From a virus (taxonomy: Duplodnaviria > Caudoviricetes), in the IMG/VR virus record IMGVR_UViG_3300032244_000256, positions 1 through 31,175 of that record: a stretch of 31,175 nt of DNA; one strand, given 5' to 3'. Shown piece after piece: positions 1 through 9,356 of the stretch. Position 1 is the stretch's first letter. Every line of letters starts with the position of its first letter. Position numbers and translations under genes: made by a program. The notes beneath the pieces are model-generated. The model ran no database searches and was not told where the DNA came from. It saw nothing but the letters and a program-made list of their open reading frames with translations.

Positions 1-63
1 GGAGAGGGTAGCGCCACCGACGATATTTCAATTCTGTATTACAAAGCTATACTTATAAATTAG
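1..63 (+). CDS. 3' end of an upstream gene (partial), probably virion structural
   Basis: Open frame from base 1 (GEGSATDDISILYYKAILIN) ends at TAG 61-63, just before a promoter-like element. Confidence 0.5.
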   Translation, partial: GEGSATDDISILYYKAILIN

Positions 64-85
64 CTTGAAATATACCGAATTGTAG

Positions 86-107
86 TATACTAAAATCAAC
101 TGGGTGC
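86..107 (+). promoter_or_regulatory. Putative late promoter, TATACT-N8-CTGGGTGC
   Basis: TATACT 86-91 and CTGGGTGC 100-107; the same spacing recurs at 20054 and 29510. Confidence 0.65.
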
Positions 108-123
108 TGCAGAGGTAATTATA

Positions 124-954
124 GTGGCACGAGAACTGTCATCCATCATATCAGAACTAGGTAACGTGTATGACCCACAGCGTCAGCTCGTTCAACAACA
201 ACAACAATCTTTAGAACCAGCAATGCAGGCAGAACAACAAGGTTTGGAAGCCGCTAAGAGCGATGCATTCCAGGCTATTACAGAAGCCGCTAACCGACGC
301 GGTATGTTTTATTCAGGTGTTCCTATAGCAGAACAGGCTAAATATACAGGAAGCACTTTCCTTCCAGCTGTAGCTAACTTACGAAGCAAATACCAACAGC
401 AGCGTTTTAATTTACAGGATGCACTTAATAAAATTCAACAAGAACAGTATAGCCAAGCTTACGGCGTCCGACAGAAAGAACTTGATACAGAAGAACAGCA
501 ACGACAATTTAACGCACAATTAGCAGCACAACGAGCAGCAGCTGGTGGTGGCGGCGGATACGCAATGCCTTCATTCGGTGGAGGTGGCGGAGCAGCTGCA
601 GCATCATATCGTGCAGCACCTAAGCAAGGTGGCGGATTTGCCTTCACAGATCCTAACGGAAACCCAATTATCGCAGCAACTTCCTCAGCGGCAACAGGTA
701 TCCCAGTCAGGAACCTCTTACAGAATATGGCTAACCAGGGTGACCAAGGTGCTAAGGCAGCACTTAACTTTGTCGGTGGTGACTATAGGTACGATCCTAA
801 CAAGATTAGTCAAGGCCAGAACGCAGCAATATATAACGCACTTGTTTGGGGAACTAACCTGCCACAAGCTAGCGCACCTCAAGCTGGTCAGGGAAGACCG
901 CAATTTGTAGCATCACCTACTCCTCTATATAAAAGTATCCCAGGCATGAGGTAA
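124..954 (+). CDS. Putative internal virion/ejection protein (Gln/Ala-rich coiled coil, Gly linker)
   Basis: 276 aa, GTG start after GAGG; Q/A-rich helical N-terminal half and poly-Gly linker; lies upstream of tail-fibre and lysis genes, as podovirus ejection genes do. Confidence 0.6.
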   Translation: MARELSSIISELGNVYDPQRQLVQQQQQSLEPAMQAEQQGLEAAKSDAFQAITEAANRRGMFYSGVPIAEQAKYTGSTFLPAVANLRSKYQQQRFNLQDALNKIQQEQYSQAYGVRQKELDTEEQQRQFNAQLAAQRAAAGGGGGYAMPSFGGGGGAAAASYRAAPKQGGGFAFTDPNGNPIIAATSSAATGIPVRNLLQNMANQGDQGAKAALNFVGGDYRYDPNKISQGQNAAIYNALVWGTNLPQASAPQAGQGRPQFVASPTPLYKSIPGMR

Positions 955-963
955 GGAAATAAT

Positions 964-2328
964 ATGGCACCACAACAAGATTGGATGAACCGACAGGCAG
1001 TGTACAATCCACAGGCCTACTTTGATGCGCTTCAACAACAATACGCAGCACAGCAACAAATGCAACAAGCTCCTGCTCAACCACAAAAGAAAAAGCGAAG
1101 TTTACTTGCTACTCTTGTACCTGCAGCTGGTGCTATCGGTGCTGGTCTACTAGCAGCTCCACTAACAGGTGGACTTTCTTTAGCTGGAACTATTGCAGCT
1201 CTCGGAGCAGCTGGCGCAGCTGGTGGTGCTCTTGGTGAAGCAGGTGCACAGAAACTAGCAGGTGAAAAGTTTAATCTTGGTAACATTGCTAAAGAGGGTC
1301 TTATATCTGGCGCATTCGGTGCAGGTGGTGGCGCTATATCTGGTGCTAGAGGATTACGAGCAGCTAAAGCAATCGGAATGACAGCTGATGATGCAGCTAG
1401 GGTTGCAGCAGAAGCGGCACGTGGCACTACATCAGTCAAAGCTATAAAGCAACTCGGTGGCCCAACTGGTGTTACTGGTAAAATCGCAGAAGCAGGAACT
1501 GGCTTACGAGCTGGAGTAGTTAATCCTAAAATTGCAGCATCTCCATTCGGTGCAGAGCAAGAAACAAAACTGGTTAAAACTCTTGGCGAACTAAACATTA
1601 AAGGTTCAGCTACTGCACAATACCGACAGCTTCCTGGAAAGATTAATCAACTAGGTGGACAGATCGATACAATCCTAGCCAAAAATACTAATACAAGTAC
1701 AGTTCCTTCATTAGTAAGTTCTATCAAATCAAAGGCTAGCGCTCTACCACAATTCGTTGGTGCGGATCCTAACTATGCTAAATCACTCACTACAGAAATC
1801 AGTGACATCACTGCACGATTCGGTGGTAAGCAACTAACTGCAGCACAAGCACAAACAGCTAAATCAGAACTGGGTGCTAAAATGAGTGGCATCTTTGGTA
1901 AGGTAGCTAAAGGCGTTGACCTTAATCCAAAAGAGGCTTCACGACTTGCAGTATGGCAGAGCCTTGATGATACCGTCGCTAAACTAGCACCTGAAGCTAA
2001 AAGACTTACCGCTCAGCAATCTGCACTATACACAGCATCACCAGGCCTACTAACAGCCTCTAAGCGAACAGCTGGTATTCCATTACTAGGTGTTAAGACT
2101 AAGACAGCAGAACGCGGTCTACAGGCGCTACAAGACGTTACAGGACGAGGACTAGAAGCAGTTGGTGGAGTTGCTACACCAGGATTAGCTGGAACAATAG
2201 CACGACAAACAGGACGACAAGTTGTACCTCGTGCAGTAACAGGTATGCTCGGTGGTGGTGAACAAGCTCCTGAAGCACCTCTCACACAGGATATGCAAAT
2301 GCAACCTACTCCAATGGATCAAGGTTAA
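964..2328 (+). CDS. Putative ejection/DNA-transfer protein, N-terminal part
   Basis: 454 aa with AAGGA RBS; hydrophobic Ala/Gly-rich segment (LLATLVPAAGAIGAGLLAAPLTGGLSLAG) typical of ejection proteins; same frame as the next ORF. Confidence 0.65.
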   Translation: MAPQQDWMNRQAVYNPQAYFDALQQQYAAQQQMQQAPAQPQKKKRSLLATLVPAAGAIGAGLLAAPLTGGLSLAGTIAALGAAGAAGGALGEAGAQKLAGEKFNLGNIAKEGLISGAFGAGGGAISGARGLRAAKAIGMTADDAARVAAEAARGTTSVKAIKQLGGPTGVTGKIAEAGTGLRAGVVNPKIAASPFGAEQETKLVKTLGELNIKGSATAQYRQLPGKINQLGGQIDTILAKNTNTSTVPSLVSSIKSKASALPQFVGADPNYAKSLTTEISDITARFGGKQLTAAQAQTAKSELGAKMSGIFGKVAKGVDLNPKEASRLAVWQSLDDTVAKLAPEAKRLTAQQSALYTASPGLLTASKRTAGIPLLGVKTKTAERGLQALQDVTGRGLEAVGGVATPGLAGTIARQTGRQVVPRAVTGMLGGGEQAPEAPLTQDMQMQPTPMDQG

Positions 2329-2337
2329 CCTCAAGGA

Positions 2338-2880
2338 ATGGAAATGCAACAACCTCAAGACCTCTATAGCCAGCAAGCAGTAATGTCAGACATCCAACGA
2401 GATCCTAAGAATGCTGCCACTTACCTCAAGTTATATGAAACATTCGCACCTAAAGCAACTGCTCCAGTTAAGAAGTCAGAACAACAGCGAGCAAGGGATG
2501 AAGCGTCTGCACTCACTCAGACTGCCCTACAACAACTACAAGCAGGTAGCGTAAACACAGGACTTGTTAGCGGTAAAATTGAACCACTCAAGGCTATGAT
2601 AGGTAAGGGTGATCCTGAGACTCTAGCATTCAACACTACAATCTCATCACTCAAAGCTGCTATTGCTAAAGCTCGAGCTGGTACAAGCTTCACACCAAAC
2701 GAAGAAAGATTATTGAACAGATACGCTCCAACCATTGGTGATAGCCGACAACAACTATTCGCTAAGCTACAAGCCCTACAAACTGTCTATGACCAGGCTG
2801 CAGCCCGAGAATATGGAACGCAATATTCAGATGGTACAGATCTTCAGTCCGCACTAATGCAAGCACAAGGAGGCTTTTAA
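2338..2880 (+). CDS. Putative ejection protein, C-terminal part or separate gene
   Basis: 180 aa, helical and Q/A-rich; in frame with 964..2328, three codons after its TAA. Confidence 0.6.
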   Translation: MEMQQPQDLYSQQAVMSDIQRDPKNAATYLKLYETFAPKATAPVKKSEQQRARDEASALTQTALQQLQAGSVNTGLVSGKIEPLKAMIGKGDPETLAFNTTISSLKAAIAKARAGTSFTPNEERLLNRYAPTIGDSRQQLFAKLQALQTVYDQAAAREYGTQYSDGTDLQSALMQAQGGF

Positions 2881-4418
2881 TGGCTACAATTTCACTAACA
2901 CTACCAGCAGATGGTCAGACCATTGATGCGTCAGACGTAAACAATCCGTTTAATACGATTGCCGCAGAAATCAACGGTAACCTGGATAACTCAAACATAA
3001 AGGCTGGTGCAGCTATTGATCGTTCTAAGATTGCTGGATTCACTGATGGTTGGGAATCACTTGGCTACTCTCCTTCTACTGTTACAGCTAACGGCAACCG
3101 ATCATACGACCTTACATTCAGCTCAGTTAACCTAACGACTAACATATCTAACGGTATGCGTCTCAAGTTAGCTCGTTCAGTAACTCCTCCTACGCAATGT
3201 ACTGATTTAGAATCGGGAAGTTCTCAGTATTTTTCTAAAACTAGCCCAGCGGGTATGACGTTTACTGATGACTTTACTGCAAGTGCGTGGGTTAAACTGG
3301 AGAGTTATGTAACTGGAACAATTGCCTCTCGTTATAACGGTACAAGTGGATGGGGCCTATACGTTACATCTTCAGGCCAGATACAACTTTCTGGATATAA
3401 TGCGGGTGCTAGTAACGAAAGTAAAGTGTTGTCCTACCAATCTATCCCGCTTAACAAATGGGTACATGTCGCCGCTCAATTAGATATGTCTACTTTTACT
3501 GCCACAACAACCACTTCTTATGTAATGATAGATGGGTTAGATGTTCCAGCCGTCGTCAGTAGAAGTGGGTCAAATCCAACAGCCCTTATCCAAGCAGGTA
3601 ACTTAGAGATAGGTGCTAGTAACGGTGGTACAGCTCCATTCGATGGCAAACTAGCTCAAGTTGCTATCTATTCAGCTAAAGTCACCCAAGCTACGGTTCG
3701 TGCTTCAATGAACCAAACCCTAACAGGCTCAGAAACATCTCTAGTATCCGCTTACTCATTTAACAACGTGATAACAGACCTTAACACTACAAACGCTAAT
3801 AACCTTACAGCTAACGGAAGCGCAGTAGCAACAACTGTCGATTCACCATTTAATGCAACCGAATATGCAATAGTAATGGCAAACTCATTTTCTACTAATA
3901 CTACGCTTACAGTGCAAGTGCCAGAAGGTTATTCACTCCCAACAACTGGAGGAATTGGAACGTGCTATTACTCAACACAAAAAGTTCCTTATGGCTTTCC
4001 AGGACAAAGAGGAAAGTGGGGCCTTCAAATGTTATCGAGAACACAATATTCTCAATCATCGGCAGTAATTAGTACTTGGTACAACATCGGAAGCCATAAG
4101 TTAAATGTTCCGATTGGTTCATGGAAACTTCGCTATGACGTAGGTACATCACACAACCGTACTAGTGGTGCAGCTTCAATATGTTCAACTCTATCAACTG
4201 CCAACAATACTGAGTCAGATAGAAAGTGGACAAGAATATCTAATGCAAATCCTGTAACAGATTCTGACGCTGCCTTTACTGCCGAACATTCTATTGAATT
4301 ATCAGTTGCTACAGACTATTACATAAATATTCTTGCTCTTGCGGTTGCAAGCTCAACCTTGTATACACGAGGAGATAATGCACTCGTTCAGATTTATGCA
4401 GAGTGTGAATTGGTATAA
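2880..4418 (+). CDS. Tail fibre/receptor-binding protein with LamG (concanavalin A-like) domain
   Basis: 512 aa, Ser/Thr-rich; LamG-type motifs FTASAWVK, KWVHVAA, LEIGA, FDGKLAQVAIYS; short N-terminal anchor-like segment. Confidence 0.8.
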   Translation: MATISLTLPADGQTIDASDVNNPFNTIAAEINGNLDNSNIKAGAAIDRSKIAGFTDGWESLGYSPSTVTANGNRSYDLTFSSVNLTTNISNGMRLKLARSVTPPTQCTDLESGSSQYFSKTSPAGMTFTDDFTASAWVKLESYVTGTIASRYNGTSGWGLYVTSSGQIQLSGYNAGASNESKVLSYQSIPLNKWVHVAAQLDMSTFTATTTTSYVMIDGLDVPAVVSRSGSNPTALIQAGNLEIGASNGGTAPFDGKLAQVAIYSAKVTQATVRASMNQTLTGSETSLVSAYSFNNVITDLNTTNANNLTANGSAVATTVDSPFNATEYAIVMANSFSTNTTLTVQVPEGYSLPTTGGIGTCYYSTQKVPYGFPGQRGKWGLQMLSRTQYSQSSAVISTWYNIGSHKLNVPIGSWKLRYDVGTSHNRTSGAASICSTLSTANNTESDRKWTRISNANPVTDSDAAFTAEHSIELSVATDYYINILALAVASSTLYTRGDNALVQIYAECELV

Positions 4419-4427
4419 GGAAATGAT

Positions 4428-4670
4428 ATGACACCTACACCTAAAAAAGAAAACTACGAACTTCTACTCTACAGACTAGATCAGATTGATCGCAAACTAG
4501 ATGAGATGTCTAAAAACTATGTGACTAAACAAGAGTTCGATGAATTCAAAGATGTAGTAGAGCGTGAGTTAAGAAAGAAGACGCTAGGTAATTGGGTCAA
4601 CCCGATCATCGCATCTATATCTACCGCAGCAATTACATTCCTTTTAATAGAGTTCATTAAACAAAGTTAG
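4428..4670 (+). CDS. Putative holin/membrane protein (coiled coil plus C-terminal TM helix)
   Basis: 80 aa with hydrophobic C-terminus (WVNPIIASISTAAITFLLIEFI); directly upstream of the endolysin. Confidence 0.6.
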   Translation: MTPTPKKENYELLLYRLDQIDRKLDEMSKNYVTKQEFDEFKDVVERELRKKTLGNWVNPIIASISTAAITFLLIEFIKQS

Positions 4671-4677
4671 GAGAAAT

Positions 4678-5637
4678 ATGAGAGATTCATACTACCCAGT
4701 TCAAATTAGATTAACGTCTAAGAATAGCTGGTTCACACCTCAAGAAAGTAACAACTATTACACTGCTCGTTATGCACGAGAAGGTATTACTGTCCACTGG
4801 TGGGGCGATGGAACAGGTGCAGACAACCACGACAATATAGTTAACTACTTCCTGGCACAGGGAGAAGCTGGCAACAAGTCAGTGAATTACGTCCTATCAG
4901 ATAACAAGATTACCTTAATGGTCAGCCCAGACAATGTAGCATGGTGCTCACAGGCTGGTAACCCTACAACTATCTCAATAGAGTTCCAACCTACACTAGG
5001 TACAGAAGGTTACAAGAAAGGTGGCTGGCTCATCGATCAACTAGAGCAACGCTACAGTCGTACACTTAGTCTTTACCCACACAAAAAATGGTTCTCTACT
5101 TCTTGCCCTGGAACGCTAGACATTAATCGATTACGAGCAGAGGCTAATAAGTGGAAAGCTGGCGGATATGATCCAGCTCCAGCACCAGTTAATACGCCTA
5201 AGCCGACACCTGAAGTTGTAGTTGCACCTGCTCCTACCGTAGGCATTACATACTCAGTACTTCCAGCTCCAATAACTTACAAGGTTAATAAAGACACAGA
5301 TCTCTGGAACTTTAACACGGCTACCTGGGCAGGCTTTAAAAGCGTCAAGAAGCTCGTTAAGGGCGAAGACTACACTGTATACGCAATTGCAGACAACCAC
5401 TCCGTAAAGGCTCAGTATGGCGTCACAAAGTACTCTTTCGATAAAAAGGTAACTAACGGTGTGAACATGAAAGATCTTGACCTCGTTCAACCAGCACAGC
5501 CTGTACCTGAACCACCTAAGCCAGTACCACCAGTTCCAGTACCAGAGACAGTCCCGACAAATGTGGTAGTGGAATTCTTAACGTCTATTATCAAACAGAT
5601 AACAGAGTTTATAGCTAAGATAACTAAAAGGAGTTAA
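4678..5637 (+). CDS. Endolysin, N-acetylmuramoyl-L-alanine amidase (Amidase_2-like)
   Basis: Zn-amidase motifs ITVHWWG, SVNY, AWC, ISIE, PH..W..TSCPG; Pro-rich linker, C-terminal domain and amphipathic tail. Confidence 0.85.
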   Translation: MRDSYYPVQIRLTSKNSWFTPQESNNYYTARYAREGITVHWWGDGTGADNHDNIVNYFLAQGEAGNKSVNYVLSDNKITLMVSPDNVAWCSQAGNPTTISIEFQPTLGTEGYKKGGWLIDQLEQRYSRTLSLYPHKKWFSTSCPGTLDINRLRAEANKWKAGGYDPAPAPVNTPKPTPEVVVAPAPTVGITYSVLPAPITYKVNKDTDLWNFNTATWAGFKSVKKLVKGEDYTVYAIADNHSVKAQYGVTKYSFDKKVTNGVNMKDLDLVQPAQPVPEPPKPVPPVPVPETVPTNVVVEFLTSIIKQITEFIAKITKRS

Positions 5638-5638
5638 T

Positions 5639-5812
5639 ATGCCATTAAAAAAAGGTTCATCAAAGAAAACAATCTCAGCAAATATCCGAGAACTATATAA
5701 AGATAATAAGAAGACTGGCAAGGCTAGAGGTGCAGGCGGTAAAGTACGTTCTCAAAAACAGATTATCGCTATTGCATTAAGCACAGCTGGTAAATCAAGG
5801 AAAAAGAAATGA
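5639..5812 (+). CDS. Small basic phage protein (DUF6496-like), absent from the ORF track
   Basis: 57 aa [20 protein letters not shown]...[20 protein letters not shown]; AAGGAG RBS; ATGA overlap with the next gene. Confidence 0.8.
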   Translation: MPLKKGSSKKTISANIRELYKDNKKTGKARGAGGKVRSQKQIIAIALSTAGKSRKKK

Positions 5813-6021
5813 AACTCCCATCGGTAGACTCAGCAACATATAGAGGTATTGTAACTTCACTACAGGCATTCTGTGGATTCGTGGTAGCAGCAGTAGCTCT
5901 TCCTGAGTTCCGTCAACTAGTATTACAGTTCTATCCAGCGGCACTTCCTATCATAGTTAGTGGTGCAGGAATTGCATCTTTTGTGCTAAACTTCCTAAGA
6001 GCTAACGTTAAAAATTATTAA
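5809..6021 (+). CDS. Putative holin (two TM helices)
   Basis: 70 aa, two hydrophobic segments, basic C-terminus, within the lysis cassette. Confidence 0.65.
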   Translation: MKLPSVDSATYRGIVTSLQAFCGFVVAAVALPEFRQLVLQFYPAALPIIVSGAGIASFVLNFLRANVKNY

Positions 6022-6032
6022 GGAGAAATAAC

Positions 6033-6449
6033 GTGCCAATATATGACTCAAGCATGGACAACTCACCAATCAAGAGGGTAACCCTTGTAGGTGTAGATGG
6101 ACAGCCTACAAGCAACGCTAGTGACGTTGATCTAGGTTCACTAATCGCAGGTGAAGACCTAACAAACGACGTACTTAAAGTAGAAGACCGTTCTACTTAC
6201 ACAAACATATCAGCAAGTGCACTAATTAAGACTGGTGCAGGACGTGTTAAAGGATTCATGGTAAACTCTCACAGTTCTGGAACTTTAAAGCTCTGGGACA
6301 ACACTTCTGCTGCAACGACTGTTCTGTTGAACACTATCACATTCGCGGCTGGTTCTGGACTTATGTTCAACCTGCCTGACGTAGAATTTGGTACAGGCTT
6401 GTACGCTACTATCGGTGGCACAGCTGACATCACTATTTTCTGGAAATAA
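6033..6449 (+). CDS. Putative virion structural protein (beta-rich)
   Basis: 138 aa with AAGGAG RBS; C-terminal beta-sandwich-like pattern (GTLKLWDNTSAA...FGTGLYATIGGTADITIFWK). Confidence 0.6.
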   Translation: MPIYDSSMDNSPIKRVTLVGVDGQPTSNASDVDLGSLIAGEDLTNDVLKVEDRSTYTNISASALIKTGAGRVKGFMVNSHSSGTLKLWDNTSAATTVLLNTITFAAGSGLMFNLPDVEFGTGLYATIGGTADITIFWK

Positions 6450-6459
6450 GGAGTAACTA

Positions 6460-6651
6460 ATGAACTTTGAGATAACATACATTAACACTGAATTAAACCA
6501 CGTATCTTTTAACGTGCTCAATAATGGAGACGTTATCCTTACAGATAAACGATGTGATCTTACTATCGATGATGAGGACGCGATGAACGCCGAGCTTGAT
6601 CGCTTCTCTCTCATTGTCATAGAAGACTACAATAACCCAGTGGAGGGATAA
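6460..6651 (+). CDS. Hypothetical acidic protein
   Basis: 63 aa, AAGGAG RBS, fills the gap between neighbours. Confidence 0.6.
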   Translation: MNFEITYINTELNHVSFNVLNNGDVILTDKRCDLTIDDEDAMNAELDRFSLIVIEDYNNPVEG

Positions 6652-6652
6652 G

Positions 6653-8566
6653 ATGCCACGAATAGTTTCACAGAACGCTAACGCCAGTCTGTATTTTAAT
6701 GGTAGTTCTGCAAAGATGACTGTACCTGTTGTACCAGATCCTACTGGCTGGTGTTTAGCTATGTGGATTGAACCAGGCGATAAGGGTACTCCGACTCATA
6801 CGTACGTATCTTATAACTCAGCAGCCTTTACAGACGGCATATTTATAAGTAAAAACGCTGGAAGTGGCAATATAAATATAAATGTTTATAACGGAACTGG
6901 AGCTGTATATGCGAACACCTTACTTGCCCCAGCTTCACAATGGATTCATATTGCAGTAACTTACCTTCCTAATGGTACTTGCAAGACTTATAAAAATGGC
7001 GTATTACTTTCATCTGCAACATCTAGTGGGACAATGACTGCTGCTGCTGCTCAGCTACTTACGTTTAATAGCCGATCATTTACTAACTATTTTGCACAAT
7101 CTACTATGTCTAACATTGTATGGCAGAATACTACTACTTCCTGGACTGATGATCAGGTAAGAGACATTTATCAAACTAATAAACTACCTGCAGGTACTAC
7201 AATGTATCTTGCCTTAGGTGAGGGCGCTGGTTCTATAGCTTACGATACATCAGGCAACGCTAACAACGGGACTATAACATCACCTACATGGACAAGAGAG
7301 ACCTTTACTAGGACTCGTAATGCAGTAAATGGTAACTTAGTATACAATGGAGATTTTGAGATAGCTCCTGTAGTTAATGTAGCTCAGACTTCGGGTAGTA
7401 ATTATGTTGACGGTACGGCAACTGGTGCGACCATACCTATATTTGGCTATAGAGTAGGTACACGACTAGGTACTGCTACAGTTCAATTTGATACAGTAAT
7501 AAAACGTACAGGCAATGCTTCAATAAAATTATCAACACTGGCGGTTGCATCGGATATGGCTGTTGGTGCGACAATGTCAACAACTGCTGGTGGATTGCAG
7601 ATTGGCTACCCAGCACTACCGAGCACAAGCTACACGGCTTCTGTATGGGTTAAAACTAATTATGTAAGTGGCGCATCTACAAGTGGTGTTAGGGCTACCG
7701 TTGTAGAAAAAAATGGTATAGGCTCTAGTGGTACTACAAACGTTCTTCTTACCGCCTTACAAACCACACAGGACTGGACACAATACAATCTTGTTTTCAC
7801 TACAGCATCTACAACTAGAAGTTTACTTTTTCTTATAAACGTTAAAGGCGATGACGGCACAGCCACTCTCATAATGGACGCCTGGTTTGATGACATTACT
7901 CTTACACCTACTACAGCTACTACTAGAACCGCTAATACATTCCCTCAAAGAAAGACTTCTGATAACCTACTATCTAATGGTAACTTTGAATATGCTCCTC
8001 CTTTTACAGCGGCAACAACTACCGTAAATAGGTGGATTGACGGTACTGCTACAGGTAACACAGCCTCCGTTGGACAGTATGGCTGGGCATTCTCGTTTTC
8101 AACTGGTACCGCTAGTGCTTCTTTTGATAACGCTGTAAGCAGAAGCGGAAGCAAAAGTCTACGGTTGTCAACCCTAGACGCTTCTGGTACTGCAATAGCT
8201 ACTCAGTCTCTTGCTGCAAGCGTTCCAACCACTGCAGAAACAGGCACAACAATAACCCCAGTCTTACCAAGTACAAGCTATACATTGACTCTATGGGCTA
8301 AGACTAGTAATGCGGCAACGAATAGTGTGTACGCAGATATTCGCGAGTTTACTGGAGCACGTGTTAGCGCCGTAACTACTGCAACCAATAAACTGTCTGG
8401 AACTAACGACTGGACTCAGCTGACCGTCACAGTGACCACTAGCGTAAATACAAGATTTATAGGGATAGTATTAAGAAACGCTGTACCTGGTAACGTATCG
8501 GACGCCTGGTTTGACGATATAACACTTACTAAAGTACCAGCCAACGCTCGTACGGTTGTAAGTTAA
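6653..8566 (+). CDS. Fibre/adhesin-like virion protein: LamG domain plus two CBM_4_9-like domains
   Basis: 637 aa, Thr/Ser-rich; LamG motif QWIHIAVTY; two repeats NL..NG.FE.AP...LPSTSYT...W.KT...DWTQ...DAWFDDITLT. Confidence 0.8.
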   Translation: MPRIVSQNANASLYFNGSSAKMTVPVVPDPTGWCLAMWIEPGDKGTPTHTYVSYNSAAFTDGIFISKNAGSGNININVYNGTGAVYANTLLAPASQWIHIAVTYLPNGTCKTYKNGVLLSSATSSGTMTAAAAQLLTFNSRSFTNYFAQSTMSNIVWQNTTTSWTDDQVRDIYQTNKLPAGTTMYLALGEGAGSIAYDTSGNANNGTITSPTWTRETFTRTRNAVNGNLVYNGDFEIAPVVNVAQTSGSNYVDGTATGATIPIFGYRVGTRLGTATVQFDTVIKRTGNASIKLSTLAVASDMAVGATMSTTAGGLQIGYPALPSTSYTASVWVKTNYVSGASTSGVRATVVEKNGIGSSGTTNVLLTALQTTQDWTQYNLVFTTASTTRSLLFLINVKGDDGTATLIMDAWFDDITLTPTTATTRTANTFPQRKTSDNLLSNGNFEYAPPFTAATTTVNRWIDGTATGNTASVGQYGWAFSFSTGTASASFDNAVSRSGSKSLRLSTLDASGTAIATQSLAASVPTTAETGTTITPVLPSTSYTLTLWAKTSNAATNSVYADIREFTGARVSAVTTATNKLSGTNDWTQLTVTVTTSVNTRFIGIVLRNAVPGNVSDAWFDDITLTKVPANARTVVS

Positions 8567-8583
8567 ACAAATTGTGGTACAAT
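8556..8583 (+). promoter_or_regulatory. Putative sigma70-type promoter of the accessory operon
   Basis: TTGTAA (8556-8561)-N16-TACAAT (8578-8583) with extended -10 TG. Confidence 0.55.
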
Positions 8584-8599
8584 AACCACAAGGACAATC

Positions 8600-8935
8600 A
8601 TGGAACAAGAAAACTTTTGGTACGGTGAACTTGTAAAACATCTTGAAAAAAAAGAGTGGTCTGAAGTGCAAATCACTAACTTAGCTATGAAGGTAGGACG
8701 CAGCACTATGATGAGTTGTGAAGCTGCAGTAGAACTTCTTGAATATGTGCAAGACGTTGACCAACAAATAGCTGAACAAAAAGAACTAGAAGACTTACAT
8801 GCAACCGCTCCTGTCTATAACAGAGAGCAGGCACTGCAATTGTTTGAGTACAATCAATCGGGAAAGACTTTCGCTGACGCAGGCTGGAACGAAAGAGGTG
8901 AATATACTACCTTTATACCAGGCGAAGAGATATAA
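8600..8935 (+). CDS. Hypothetical protein
   Basis: 111 aa, acidic, AAGGA RBS. Confidence 0.7.
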   Translation: MEQENFWYGELVKHLEKKEWSEVQITNLAMKVGRSTMMSCEAAVELLEYVQDVDQQIAEQKELEDLHATAPVYNREQALQLFEYNQSGKTFADAGWNERGEYTTFIPGEEI

Positions 8936-8936
8936 G

Positions 8937-9356
8937 ATGGAAAAGGAAGACCTATTCACCAAACCAAACGGTGACATAGTGTCCAGACGACAAACAAATA
9001 GACACCATGTCTTCTATCCTGGTTACGAATACCAGAACAAACTAGACCGACGGATGAGAAACCTCGGTCTCTTTGTCATTCGTATGCATATCCCAGTCCA
9101 CAAAGAATTACACAATAACGTACCACCACCTCCAAGTATTGGGCATGATCTAAAGCATATTATCATTCAAGAGAACGAAGCAATGGACAAGGAACTACCT
9201 CAGTCCACTCGGCTTGAACTTATTACCTATCATCTTATGCGACTCGCAGATCACGCCCCGAGTCAGCAGATACAGGAAGAAGCAGACGCACTACACAACA
9301 ACTTTATTCATCAACTAGATTACATCCATAAGGGGAAAGTACAATGGCACGAATAA
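8937..9356 (+). CDS. Hypothetical His-rich protein, possibly HNH-like; start re-assigned to ATG 8937
   Basis: 139 aa from MEKEDLF; NRHHVFYP...HIPVHKELH pattern; this start avoids a long overlap with the upstream gene. Confidence 0.6.
   Translation: MEKEDLFTKPNGDIVSRRQTNRHHVFYPGYEYQNKLDRRMRNLGLFVIRMHIPVHKELHNNVPPPPSIGHDLKHIIIQENEAMDKELPQSTRLELITYHLMRLADHAPSQQIQEEADALHNNFIHQLDYIHKGKVQWHE

Noticed and set aside
7330-8530. Repeated segments in the 637-aa fibre gene as a DGR template/variable repeat pair
   Set aside because: The repeats are diverged in-frame domain duplications with changes at all bases rather than only adenines, and no reverse transcriptase is in the window.
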